The position numbers were made by a program, and so were the translations under genes. Shown here piece by piece: positions 56,285 to 64,000 of a stretch of 64,000 bases of DNA (the stretch's first letter is position 1; every line of letters starts with the position of its first letter). Under the pieces are notes generated by a model. The model worked only from the letters and a program-made list of their open reading frames with translations. It ran no database searches and was not told the origin of the DNA. This stretch comes from a virus (taxonomy: Duplodnaviria > Caudoviricetes). The stretch lies in IMG/VR virus record IMGVR_UViG_2895060867_000001, positions 776 through 64,775 of that record; one strand, written 5' to 3'.

Positions 56285-57760
56285 TTATCGGTTGACGTTG
56301 ACGAGAATGTCAACGGAATGGATCGCACCGGCTTCCTTGGCAGCGATCTGGAACGGCACGGACTTGCGAGCCTCACGATCCGACTGCGCCTGCATTGCGA
56401 TCGAGGGCGTGTACACGTAGTAGCCCTTGGAGAGCGCGCCGCCCTGCTTCAGGGCACCAAACCCACCCGAATTCCACACGCCGGGCGCCAGGTAGCCGTT
56501 GTTCACCGCAGCTGCGCATGCCGATTCGATGACCGTCGCGATCAGCGCGTTGCCCGCGTCCGTCTGCGGGATCTTCGTCGGGCTCTGGTAAAGCAGGTTG
56601 TACACATCGGTCTGGATACGGCTCTGGAACCAGATCGAGTTGTAGATCGAGTCGATGAAGATGCCGCTCGGCGTGACGCCGGTCTGCACGATTGCCGTGT
56701 CGTTCGAGTAATTCACGAACACGTTGCAGTTCTTCGCCTGCAAGGCGTTGGCCTGCGTCGTCGACAGCGTCTCTGCCACGATCCCGGGCTCCTGCTTCCA
56801 CATGAGCGTGATCGTGGTGTTGTTCGCGTTGAAGTCCACCGTCAGGAGTCGGCCGAACAGCGACACACCGGCGTAAGGCGTCGCGCTCGAATACTGCGTG
56901 AAGCTGTACTTGAACTTCGCCGCCTTGAACCGGCTCGCCAGATCGGACGAGACCGTCGTGTCCAGCGTCTGCGGATTTTGCGTCGTCGCAGCATAGAGAT
57001 GCTTCTGGTCGGCCTCGATCAAGGCGGCCACCGCAACGTGCTGGTCGTCGGTCACACCGGTGTCGGCGAACGCGAGGCCCAGGAACTGGTTCGCGAAACG
57101 ATCGAGGAAGATCGCAACGGCATCGGTCGGCGACTCGGCCGCGATGCCCTGCACCGGCACACCCGCCAGCGTCGATGTCAGCCCCAGTTGGGCCGAAATA
57201 TCCACGCCGCTCGCCGGCGCCTCGGCATAGCCAACGGCCGACGTTGCGCCCGTGCTGTTCGACGTGATGACGAACTTCGAACCGTTCCAGGCGCACGTCG
57301 CGCCGGTCAGCGAGCCGTTGATCACGGTCGCAACGCCGTTCAGGTTCGTCTGCGCCGAGAAATCGAGACCGGAGACCGTCTTCGCCGTTCCGTCGACATT
57401 CACCTTGAAAGCGCCGCTCGTGACCGACGTCCAGTTCGTCATCGCCTGCTGGGTGCTCGAGAGCGCACCGCCACGAAGCACGCCGGAGGCCGCCGTTTTC
57501 GCCCATCGACCAATGCAAAGCGTGGACGGCTGCGGCGTCTGCTGGAAATACAGCGCGGCGGCGCGGTATTCAGGTGCTGTCGTGCCAAAGTCGGCCGCGA
57601 CGTCTGCAATCGCACCGTAGGTACGCATGCGTTCGCCGGCGTCGATGACGGTCGACGCACCCAGCAGGAGTGCGGTGTTCAAGTTCGCACCCTGTGCCGC
57701 CAGTGGCGACATGTTGATCGTAACGTTGATCAGCCGTGAAACCGGCAATCCGTTGGACAT
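56285..57760 (-). CDS. Contractile tail sheath (DUF3383-like)
   Basis: [33 protein letters not shown]-like [14 protein letters not shown]. Confidence 0.92.
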   Translation of the reverse strand: MSNGLPVSRLINVTINMSPLAAQGANLNTALLLGASTVIDAGERMRTYGAIADVAADFGTTAPEYRAAALYFQQTPQPSTLCIGRWAKTAASGVLRGGALSSTQQAMTNWTSVTSGAFKVNVDGTAKTVSGLDFSAQTNLNGVATVINGSLTGATCAWNGSKFVITSNSTGATSAVGYAEAPASGVDISAQLGLTSTLAGVPVQGIAAESPTDAVAIFLDRFANQFLGLAFADTGVTDDQHVAVAALIEADQKHLYAATTQNPQTLDTTVSSDLASRFKAAKFKYSFTQYSSATPYAGVSLFGRLLTVDFNANNTTITLMWKQEPGIVAETLSTTQANALQAKNCNVFVNYSNDTAIVQTGVTPSGIFIDSIYNSIWFQSRIQTDVYNLLYQSPTKIPQTDAGNALIATVIESACAAAVNNGYLAPGVWNSGGFGALKQGGALSKGYYVYTPSIAMQAQSDREARKSVPFQIAAKEAGAIHSVDILVNVNR

Positions 57761-57772
57761 TGTGATCCCCAT

Positions 57773-57797
57773 AAAAAAAGCCCGCCTAAGCGGGCTT
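57773..57797 (-). terminator. Rho-independent terminator upstream of the sheath gene
   Basis: AAGCCCGC-CTAA-GCGGGCTT plus a T-run on the minus strand. Confidence 0.7.
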
Positions 57798-57914
57798 GAA
57801 ACGAAAATGGCGGGCTGGCGCGAATCGGGTTACGCGCTTCGCCAGCACAGTGAAGTGGAAAATTACGGGGGAAGCCTCCCCCAAAGGAAGTGCGCGAGGT
57901 TTCGGTTGTCAGGC

Positions 57915-58469
57915 CTAGCGCTCGCTCGCCACCGAAGTCTGCACCGACGCGAGGTTCAACACCCGATAGGTCCGCGTCACCTTACGGCGCAGAAACATAC
58001 TGATATCGCAGCGTCGCTGCACTTGCTGGTCGACCACACTGGGTGTGGAAACGATGCTTGAAGTGTCGACAAGGCCGAAATCGTTGAGCTGAAGCTGCTC
58101 GCGGTTTTGCGGCACATAAAGTCCGTCGCGCAACGTCCGGGCGTATTGACTGGCGTTGCGCCCGTAGAACTGGCACTTGACCTCGATGTCTTCGTGCCGA
58201 ACGTAGGCGTCGCTGCCGTCGTCGGCAGGCACGTGCAACAGGCCAGCGTTTGCGTCCGACTGGAAGCCGGTCACGGTGAAGCCGCACCAGTTGACGCCGG
58301 ATTCCGGAGGCGTCGACGTCGGCGGCTGTGGAAGCGAAAGAACAAGATTAGTGTCCAGCCCAGTCACGCCCGCGATCATCGTCCGAAGAAAATCCTCCAG
58401 CACTGAATCTTCGATCGGCGGCGTCGACTGCACCGGGGCCAGATATCCACCTGTCGAACTGTTATTCAT
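57915..58469 (-). CDS. Tail completion/terminator (neck) protein
   Basis: SSTGGYL, P..NWC, RHEDIEV..QFYG..A..Y...LRDGL...QNRE. Confidence 0.8.
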   Translation of the reverse strand: MNNSSTGGYLAPVQSTPPIEDSVLEDFLRTMIAGVTGLDTNLVLSLPQPPTSTPPESGVNWCGFTVTGFQSDANAGLLHVPADDGSDAYVRHEDIEVKCQFYGRNASQYARTLRDGLYVPQNREQLQLNDFGLVDTSSIVSTPSVVDQQVQRRCDISMFLRRKVTRTYRVLNLASVQTSVASER

Positions 58470-58507
58470 GGGCTATCCCGGAGAGTGGTCTGTTTCGATT
58501 CACCAAT

Positions 58508-58590
58508 AAAAAAGGCCCGCGTTGAGCGGGCCTTGGATGCAATTGCGGTGAGTATGGGCAAATATTAGATGCTTTGTCGCAAGAGTGCAA
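58508..58590 (-). promoter_or_regulatory. Late promoter PR'-like plus terminator tR'
   Basis: Minus strand TTGCAC-N17-TAATAT (58590..58562), then AGGCCCGC/GCGGGCCT hairpin plus a T-run. Confidence 0.7.
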
Positions 58591-58612
58591 GCACTTTTTT
58601 TAGTAGTCCTTA

Positions 58613-59236
58613 TTACGCAATGAATGACGAGAACTCGTAAGAAGCGTCACATACCGGCGGGACGACACCGTGCCGCACAAAACTGACTTCGAGTCGTGCG
58701 ACGGCCATGTTTTCCAGCTCCGTGAAGTGTGTCGCCATCCACTTGGCCGCCCGAAACGCCTTGTCCTTCGATACTTTGTGGCGTTCGGCCAGTTCGCGGA
58801 TCGACGTCCCCTCCTTTCTGGTACGAGGGAGATAGTTCCACGCGGCGAGATCCCGCAGCAGCGCAACCGCCGTAATGCCGCTGGATTTGCGCGACCAGAC
58901 GGCAAGCGCGCTGATGCCCTGAATCTTCTCGTCGCCGTGGGCGAAGCGCGCGAGTACTGCCGCGTATTCGGGCGACGGCAAACGCGTGCGCGCCGCCGCA
59001 GTGATCATGGCGCACTGCGCGCGAAATTCTTCCATCGTCAGCCGATCCGGATCGAATTCGCGTTGGGGGCCGCGCAACTGGTTCAGCCACATTTCCTGCC
59101 CCTTCGTCGGTTTGTCCACGGCTTCCATGACCTGGATGAGCATGCTTCGGAATGTCGCTTTCTGACGCGGCGGCAACGAGAGGATGAGGTACGCCACATG
59201 CAGCGCCTGTCGAGTGTCCTGAAATGCTTCGTTCAT
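58613..59236 (-). CDS. Putative late antiterminator (Q-like)
   Basis: Position immediately before PR'; C-terminal HTH SIRELAERHKVSKD. Confidence 0.7.
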   Translation of the reverse strand: MNEAFQDTRQALHVAYLILSLPPRQKATFRSMLIQVMEAVDKPTKGQEMWLNQLRGPQREFDPDRLTMEEFRAQCAMITAAARTRLPSPEYAAVLARFAHGDEKIQGISALAVWSRKSSGITAVALLRDLAAWNYLPRTRKEGTSIRELAERHKVSKDKAFRAAKWMATHFTELENMAVARLEVSFVRHGVVPPVCDASYEFSSFIA

Positions 59237-59928
59237 TGGTCGGTTTCCCCGTAAAAATTGTCCATTCCCGTTTCACTGCCCAGCGCCGCTCGCATGCGGC
59301 CCGGGCGACCGGCCAGCAACGCAGCAAGCATCGCCCTGGCCGAAACCTTGTCCGTCGTCGCCTTGCCGGGGGCCGACAGCGCCAGCGCCTTCGGTGGGAC
59401 CGGCGGCACGATACCTTCTTGTCTCACGGCCTCCAGAGCCACCGCGAATCGCTTCGTCAGTTCAGTGCGACCGAGCGTGCGCATGTCGTACCCACCGACA
59501 CGTTGTGCTGCCCAGAACAGCACGGGGTCGGGCCAAACGTCGGTGCTATCGGAATCCCTGCGATGCAACTGCGCGATGGCGATGTCGAGCAACTCGTTGA
59601 CGTGTTCGCGCGGCCTGCACAGCAAACGGAATTCGGGGCATGTCGGCACATACGGCCGATCACGCAAAGCCTCGATACCGCGTTGCCACTCGGCGGGCGT
59701 CAGATCGGCAAGATCGAGCGCCCACTGTCGCTTAACGCCATCAACATGCCGTGCGACCGTGTCCGGCTTCGACGGATCTCCGCCGCGCCACATGTCCGCA
59801 AGCCTGGCGCCGTAGCGATGACCAAGCACCGTGAACAAACGCTCGATAAGTCGCTGGGGTGCCGCGTCGCGTGGCCAGTCAGGCGACCAAGTGCGCGTCG
59901 ACGTCGAGGATGCAGGCGTTGTATTCAT
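59233..59928 (-). CDS. Replication protein (lambda P-like helicase loader)
   Basis: LFTVLGHRYGARLADMW..W...LADLT..GIEAL..P.CPEF..LCR; overlaps the initiator. Confidence 0.65.
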   Translation of the reverse strand: MNTTPASSTSTRTWSPDWPRDAAPQRLIERLFTVLGHRYGARLADMWRGGDPSKPDTVARHVDGVKRQWALDLADLTPAEWQRGIEALRDRPYVPTCPEFRLLCRPREHVNELLDIAIAQLHRRDSDSTDVWPDPVLFWAAQRVGGYDMRTLGRTELTKRFAVALEAVRQEGIVPPVPPKALALSAPGKATTDKVSARAMLAALLAGRPGRMRAALGSETGMDNFYGETDQ

Positions 59929-60838
59929 CGTCGTATCCCAATGGGTCACCGGCGAGGCCGGAAAGAATGGCTGCGTTGTCGACACTTCGCGGCGAAGCAC
60001 GAGGTATCCCTTGGTTGGCGAGTACACGGTCGACGTAGGCGGGCAGAAACACGATGCCCTCAGTCGCCTTGTCCTGCGCCTCAGCAATAGCCGCCCGCAT
60101 GCGGCCGACCGACACACGAGCGTTGCACCAGGCCGTCGCGAGTGGCACGAAGCGCTTTCGCTCATGGGCACTGGCCGGGTCGATGCCGATACCGTGCTCA
60201 TCGCCGAAGTACGTTGCCCACTGCGCAGCATTCACCGGCACACAACCGTCCGACGTAAGGTCATCGTCGTGAGACGTTTCTTCATGACCTACGACGACTG
60301 AAGCACCGCTGCCCTTAGGTATTCCATTCCGTTCCTCTCCTCTCCCTTCCGGGGATGAACGCTCGGCACCCACTCGACGAGCATTCGCCGGGTGTTCGCC
60401 GAACACGCGTCGAACGCTATCCGAACGCTCGCCGTCGATTCCGCGATCACTCGCCGAATGCTGCGTTTTCATACGGGCTTGCCGACGTCTCGGGGTACCG
60501 GACGGCACGGTGCCGTCCGGACCGGGGTGTTTAAACGTCGGCTGGTCGATCTTCTGGTGGTGCCAACCGGTGACGATCCAGAATCGCTGACCGGCCACTT
60601 CGTACTCGTCGAGCAATCCGACACGCAGTAGTTCATCGATCATTCGACGAACATCCGTCGTCGTCAGATCGTCGGCAGGGAACACTTCCGCCTTCAGGCG
60701 TCTTTCGTTGGCCGAGTGGATTCCCGCGTCGTCGCAAAAATTCCACATGCCGATGAATAGGATGCGGGCATCGCGAGAGACATCCATCACCTGCTCGGAC
60801 GTCCAAAATTCGGGTTTGACGGATCGAATTCGTGCCAT
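59879..60838 (-). CDS. Replication initiator (DnaT/O-like)
   Basis: MARIRSVKPEFWTSE..ARILFIGMWNFCDDAG..WHHQKID. Confidence 0.85.
   Translation of the reverse strand: MARIRSVKPEFWTSEQVMDVSRDARILFIGMWNFCDDAGIHSANERRLKAEVFPADDLTTTDVRRMIDELLRVGLLDEYEVAGQRFWIVTGWHHQKIDQPTFKHPGPDGTVPSGTPRRRQARMKTQHSASDRGIDGERSDSVRRVFGEHPANARRVGAERSSPEGRGEERNGIPKGSGASVVVGHEETSHDDDLTSDGCVPVNAAQWATYFGDEHGIGIDPASAHERKRFVPLATAWCNARVSVGRMRAAIAEAQDKATEGIVFLPAYVDRVLANQGIPRASPRSVDNAAILSGLAGDPLGYDDEYNACILDVDAHLVA
60357..60429. repeat. Iteron-like repeats inside the initiator gene
   Basis: CGAACAC/CGAACGCT at 60400, 60411 and 60422 (11-bp period) and GAACGCTC at 60357. Confidence 0.55.
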
Positions 60839-60929
60839 TGCGCTCCCGCTTACGCGTGCCCTGCCAGATCGCTCGAAAAGATCAGCGTCCCGTTGGGATG
60901 ATCAGTTTTGGTTGTGTTCATGCTAAAAT

Positions 60930-60983
60930 TAAACACCATGTTTATTTAAAAAACAAACACGCCGTTTATAAACGTTGCGTTTA
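60930..60983. promoter_or_regulatory. Three operator palindromes AAAC-N5-GTTT
   Basis: 60931..60943, 60955..60967 and 60970..60982 in the divergent AT-rich intergenic region. Confidence 0.75.
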
Positions 60984-61002
60984 CTTGAGCGAAGATCGGG
61001 TT

Positions 61003-61692
61003 ATGGGAAAAGAGATGCACGAGACGTTCCGGCGGCTATACGAGGCAGCCAGGCAGGTACGGCCCGCGATTTCGACAGTCGCCGATCTTGCACGCGCGCT
61101 CAATCAGAGCGAGCAGACGATCAACAACTGGGCCTATCGCGGGAATGGCGTTTCGAAACAGGGCCGCCTGATTGCGCAGCGCGAGTTGGGGATCAACGCC
61201 ACATGGATCGACGATGGCCAGGGCCAAATGGTCGCGGGCAGCGATCCCGGCAACGCCAACGTGCGTCCAGCGGACATGGGTTTGCGCCGCATTCCGCTGA
61301 TTAGCAGTGTTCAAGCGGGTCAAATGACCGAAGCGATAACCCCCTTCCCGCCGGGCGCTGCGTTCGAGTATTTGCTTACGGACCTAAAGCTGTCCGAGCA
61401 GGCCTTCGCGCTTGAGATCGAAGGCCAATCGATGGAGCCTGAATTTAAGGAAGGGGATCGCATCATCATCGACCCCGCAGTCCGGCCGCAACCCGGTGAC
61501 TTTGTCGTCGCAAAAAACGGCTGCGAAGAAGCGACCTTCAAAAAGTATCGCCCTCGCGGCATCGGTCAAGACGGCCGTGAAGTCTTCGAACTCGTTCCCT
61601 TGAACGTGGATTACCCAACGATCAGCAGCGTCAACGAGCCAGCTCGAATCATCGGCGTGATGGTTGAGCATCGTCGGTATCGGCGCCGGTAG
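61003..61692 (+). CDS. CI-like repressor, HTH + S24 peptidase
   Basis: HTH, QAG cleavage site, GQSMEP (Ser), ATFKK (Lys). Confidence 0.92.
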   Translation: MGKEMHETFRRLYEAARQVRPAISTVADLARALNQSEQTINNWAYRGNGVSKQGRLIAQRELGINATWIDDGQGQMVAGSDPGNANVRPADMGLRRIPLISSVQAGQMTEAITPFPPGAAFEYLLTDLKLSEQAFALEIEGQSMEPEFKEGDRIIIDPAVRPQPGDFVVAKNGCEEATFKKYRPRGIGQDGREVFELVPLNVDYPTISSVNEPARIIGVMVEHRRYRRR

Positions 61693-61699
61693 CCCCTTT

Positions 61700-62683
61700 A
61701 TGACCATGAACCCAATGCGCGAAGCCGAAAGACCTGTCACCCGTGCACACGACGGGCTTGCTGCCCGTATCGCCGCAGTCCTCACAGCTGAAGAGGTTTC
61801 GCCAGACCAATTTGAGGCCGAGGCAGGGCTTGCCGCGGGCGCCACCGTTGCATGGCTTTCCGGCGAAGCGACAGACATCGCCCACGATCAGGCCGCCCGA
61901 ATCCAGGAGCGGTATCGCTTCAACATGTTCTGGCTGATCACCGGCCGTGGGAAGCAACGCATTCCCTCACTTAGCCCGCAGCACGCCAAACCCTCGCCAA
62001 AATTCCTGAACGCTTATCCACCAGAGAGCTTTCCTGCCCGGCTGAAGTTCGCCATGGACCTCCGTGGTGTTCGTCAACAGGGTGATGTTGCGCAAGCAAG
62101 CGGAGTCACTGCAGCCGCGGTGCGTCTCTGGTTCAACGGCGGTGAAACAAAGATCGAGGCGGACCAGATCGCCGCACTGTCGAAGTTCCTTCGGGTTGAG
62201 CCAGATTGGCTTCGTGCCGGGATCGGCCCGATGGAAGGGGCGGCGAATGTACGGTTGGCAGCGGTAGGCACACGCCGCATTCCGCTCATCAGTAGCGTAC
62301 AGGCGGGGTTGATGAACGAAACGGTGACGCCGTTTCCGCCTGGCGCCGGCTTCGAGTACCTGCTGACGGATCTCGAGCTTTCGGACGGTGCCTTTGCGCT
62401 TGAAATCGACGGGCGGTCCATGGAGCCGGAGTTTCGGGAGGGGGACCGGATTATTGTCGACCCGGTGATTTCCCCCATTCCAGGCGATTACGTCGTGGCC
62501 ACCAATGTTCGAAGCGAAGCGACATTCAAAAAATACCGCCCTCGTGGACTCGGCCCCGATGGAATGGAAGTGTTCGATCTGGTGCCGCTGAACCCCGACT
62601 TCCCGACAATCCGCAGCGAACAGGAGCGGGCAAGAATCGTTGGCGTCATGATCGAACACCGACGCTACCGACAGCGAAAGTAA
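61700..62683 (+). CDS. Second repressor, two HTH domains + S24 peptidase
   Basis: Two XRE-like HTH segments ending WLITG and WLRAG; QAG, GRSMEP, ATFKK. Confidence 0.88.
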   Translation: MTMNPMREAERPVTRAHDGLAARIAAVLTAEEVSPDQFEAEAGLAAGATVAWLSGEATDIAHDQAARIQERYRFNMFWLITGRGKQRIPSLSPQHAKPSPKFLNAYPPESFPARLKFAMDLRGVRQQGDVAQASGVTAAAVRLWFNGGETKIEADQIAALSKFLRVEPDWLRAGIGPMEGAANVRLAAVGTRRIPLISSVQAGLMNETVTPFPPGAGFEYLLTDLELSDGAFALEIDGRSMEPEFREGDRIIVDPVISPIPGDYVVATNVRSEATFKKYRPRGLGPDGMEVFDLVPLNPDFPTIRSEQERARIVGVMIEHRRYRQRK

Positions 62684-62722
62684 GACGTCCTGGACAACGC
62701 TCACTCGGGTTGCGACGCAGCA

Positions 62723-62748
62723 TTTGGCTGTGCGGGTTTTTTCGTTTG
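62723..62748 (+). repeat. 26-bp direct repeat, right copy
   Basis: Identical to 43494..43519; lacks the left arm of the terminator hairpin. Confidence 0.9.
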
Positions 62749-62914
62749 CGCCGGACGATTGAGATCCGCTCTCCAAAATGCGAACAACCCGAAATATCCT
62801 GTTTGGGTTGCTCTACCTTGGCGTGTCTGCCTGCCTGTAGAATGAAGTCGATTCCCAATACGCTTTCACCACATTACGAAAGCTTGACTTCTATATTTAC
62901 GCTAAGCACGCCTT

Positions 62915-64000
62915 GTGAAGAACATCTACCAAATCGATGCACTCCGCGGAATCGCAGCGCTACTCGTAGTTTTGTTTCACATGATCCCATTCTGGGTATA
63001 TGTGTTTCCGGGAGCGACTGCCGCGCTTGCTGGGGGAAGCTATCTCGGCGTGTCGGTGTTCTTCGTAATTTCCGGATTCGTGATGGGCGCAGCGACCCAA
63101 CGCGATGCGCGCGTCTCATCCTTTTTACTGAAGCGCGTTTTCCGCGTCTACGTCCCGACGGTGGTGGCGATTGCTCTGTATTGCGTCATCACACAAAAGT
63201 CGGCGAGTCTCGTCGATATCTTCAGAATCCTGCCATCCGGTGGTTTCGCCCCGTACTATGGCTACGGCACGTACTTCATTACGTGGACGCTGACCTACGA
63301 AATCGCGTTCTACTTTCTCTACGCGATCGCCATGCGCATCTCGTGGCGGTACCGCACGGAAGTCGCTGTCGGGCTGATCCTGCTGAACGCTCTTCCAATG
63401 CAGTATCTGCTCACGGGGCACATTACGTTCAATCCCAGTGCCGTGCAACAAGTGAGCGTTTTCGGGCACAGCTTTCTCAACGTTGCAGCATCGATTGCGA
63501 TAAATCCAATCAACCTTCTTTTTGCTTTCGGATTGGGGTGGTACCGCGTCTTCGACCCGGTTGCTAAACGAGTTCGTGGCATCGCGCCGACGACGCTTGC
63601 CTCATGGCTTTTCCTGTCGGGCGGAATGGTCACGACCGCCTACTTTTTCGCAAAAGGATATGGCGTTTTTCAGATGGGTTTTTTCGCCCTCGTGCTGTTT
63701 TCCTCGTTCGTGGTCCTCAACATGGTTCAAGGGCCGGGCAAACCGAATTTCGGCTGGCGCGCAGGAAAAAACCTCGGAAAGGTATCCTTCTCACTGTATC
63801 TTTGCCATTACTTGGCTATCGATCTGCGAACGCATTACTTGCCAAGCAGCCTCAACGTCGCGTGGCATCCGTTCATTGTCGGAACAGCCGTTGTCATTCT
63901 GACAATGGCGTTCTACTTGCTCATCGACGCGCCGATTCATCGCTTGGGCAATCGTCTTGCGGCGAGACTGCCTGTGGGCCAAGCATCCGCAACTGCTTAG
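62915..64000 (+). CDS. Acyltransferase-3 family membrane protein (OafA-like, no SGNH domain)
   Basis: IDALRGIAALLVVLFH, GVSVFFVISGF, WTLTYEIAFY, LGKVSFSLYLCH; about 10 TM segments. Confidence 0.9.
   Translation: MKNIYQIDALRGIAALLVVLFHMIPFWVYVFPGATAALAGGSYLGVSVFFVISGFVMGAATQRDARVSSFLLKRVFRVYVPTVVAIALYCVITQKSASLVDIFRILPSGGFAPYYGYGTYFITWTLTYEIAFYFLYAIAMRISWRYRTEVAVGLILLNALPMQYLLTGHITFNPSAVQQVSVFGHSFLNVAASIAINPINLLFAFGLGWYRVFDPVAKRVRGIAPTTLASWLFLSGGMVTTAYFFAKGYGVFQMGFFALVLFSSFVVLNMVQGPGKPNFGWRAGKNLGKVSFSLYLCHYLAIDLRTHYLPSSLNVAWHPFIVGTAVVILTMAFYLLIDAPIHRLGNRLAARLPVGQASATA

Larger units (their letters stand above)
43494..62748. mobile_element. Head-less contractile-tail element (element 2; candidate tailocin or defective prophage)
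   Basis: Complete contractile tail, lysis and regulatory genes; no terminase, portal, capsid or integrase; bounded by the 26-bp repeat. Confidence 0.85.

Noticed and set aside
47446-58469. eCIS (PVC/Afp) or T6SS
   Set aside because: No AAA+ ATPase, membrane complex or effector cargo; lysis genes and Q-type control point to a phage-tail origin
43494-62748. Gene transfer agent or PICI/satellite
   Set aside because: No capsid, terminase, integrase or primase

Overview
Two phage-derived elements lie in tandem at a tRNA-Pro(GGG) locus in a GC-rich genome that looks betaproteobacterial (Burkholderiaceae-like; inferred, not determined). (1) Positions 1 to about 43471 hold a nearly complete lambdoid siphoprophage whose left end lies outside the window. 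Left to right: lysis genes, lambda-type non-contractile tail, HK97-type head and terminase, Q-like late control, replication, cro/cI immunity region, an early operon with many counter-oriented morons, a C5 methyltransferase, xis/int, and a 47-bp tRNA-Pro 3' fragment (att). Its repressor has no S24 autocleavage domain, and a LexA-boxed gene converges on it. (2) Positions 43494-62748 hold a head-less, integrase-less contractile-tail element bounded by a perfect 26-bp direct repeat. It carries two tandem S24 repressors, retained replication genes with iteron-like repeats, a Q-like gene with late promoter and terminator leading straight into tail genes, sheath/tube/tape measure/baseplate/spike/fibre, a lysis cassette homologous to that of prophage 1, and a second orphan fibre beside a LexA box. 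It is a candidate tailocin. An acyltransferase-3 gene follows. Family names come from motif recognition by eye, not database searches.
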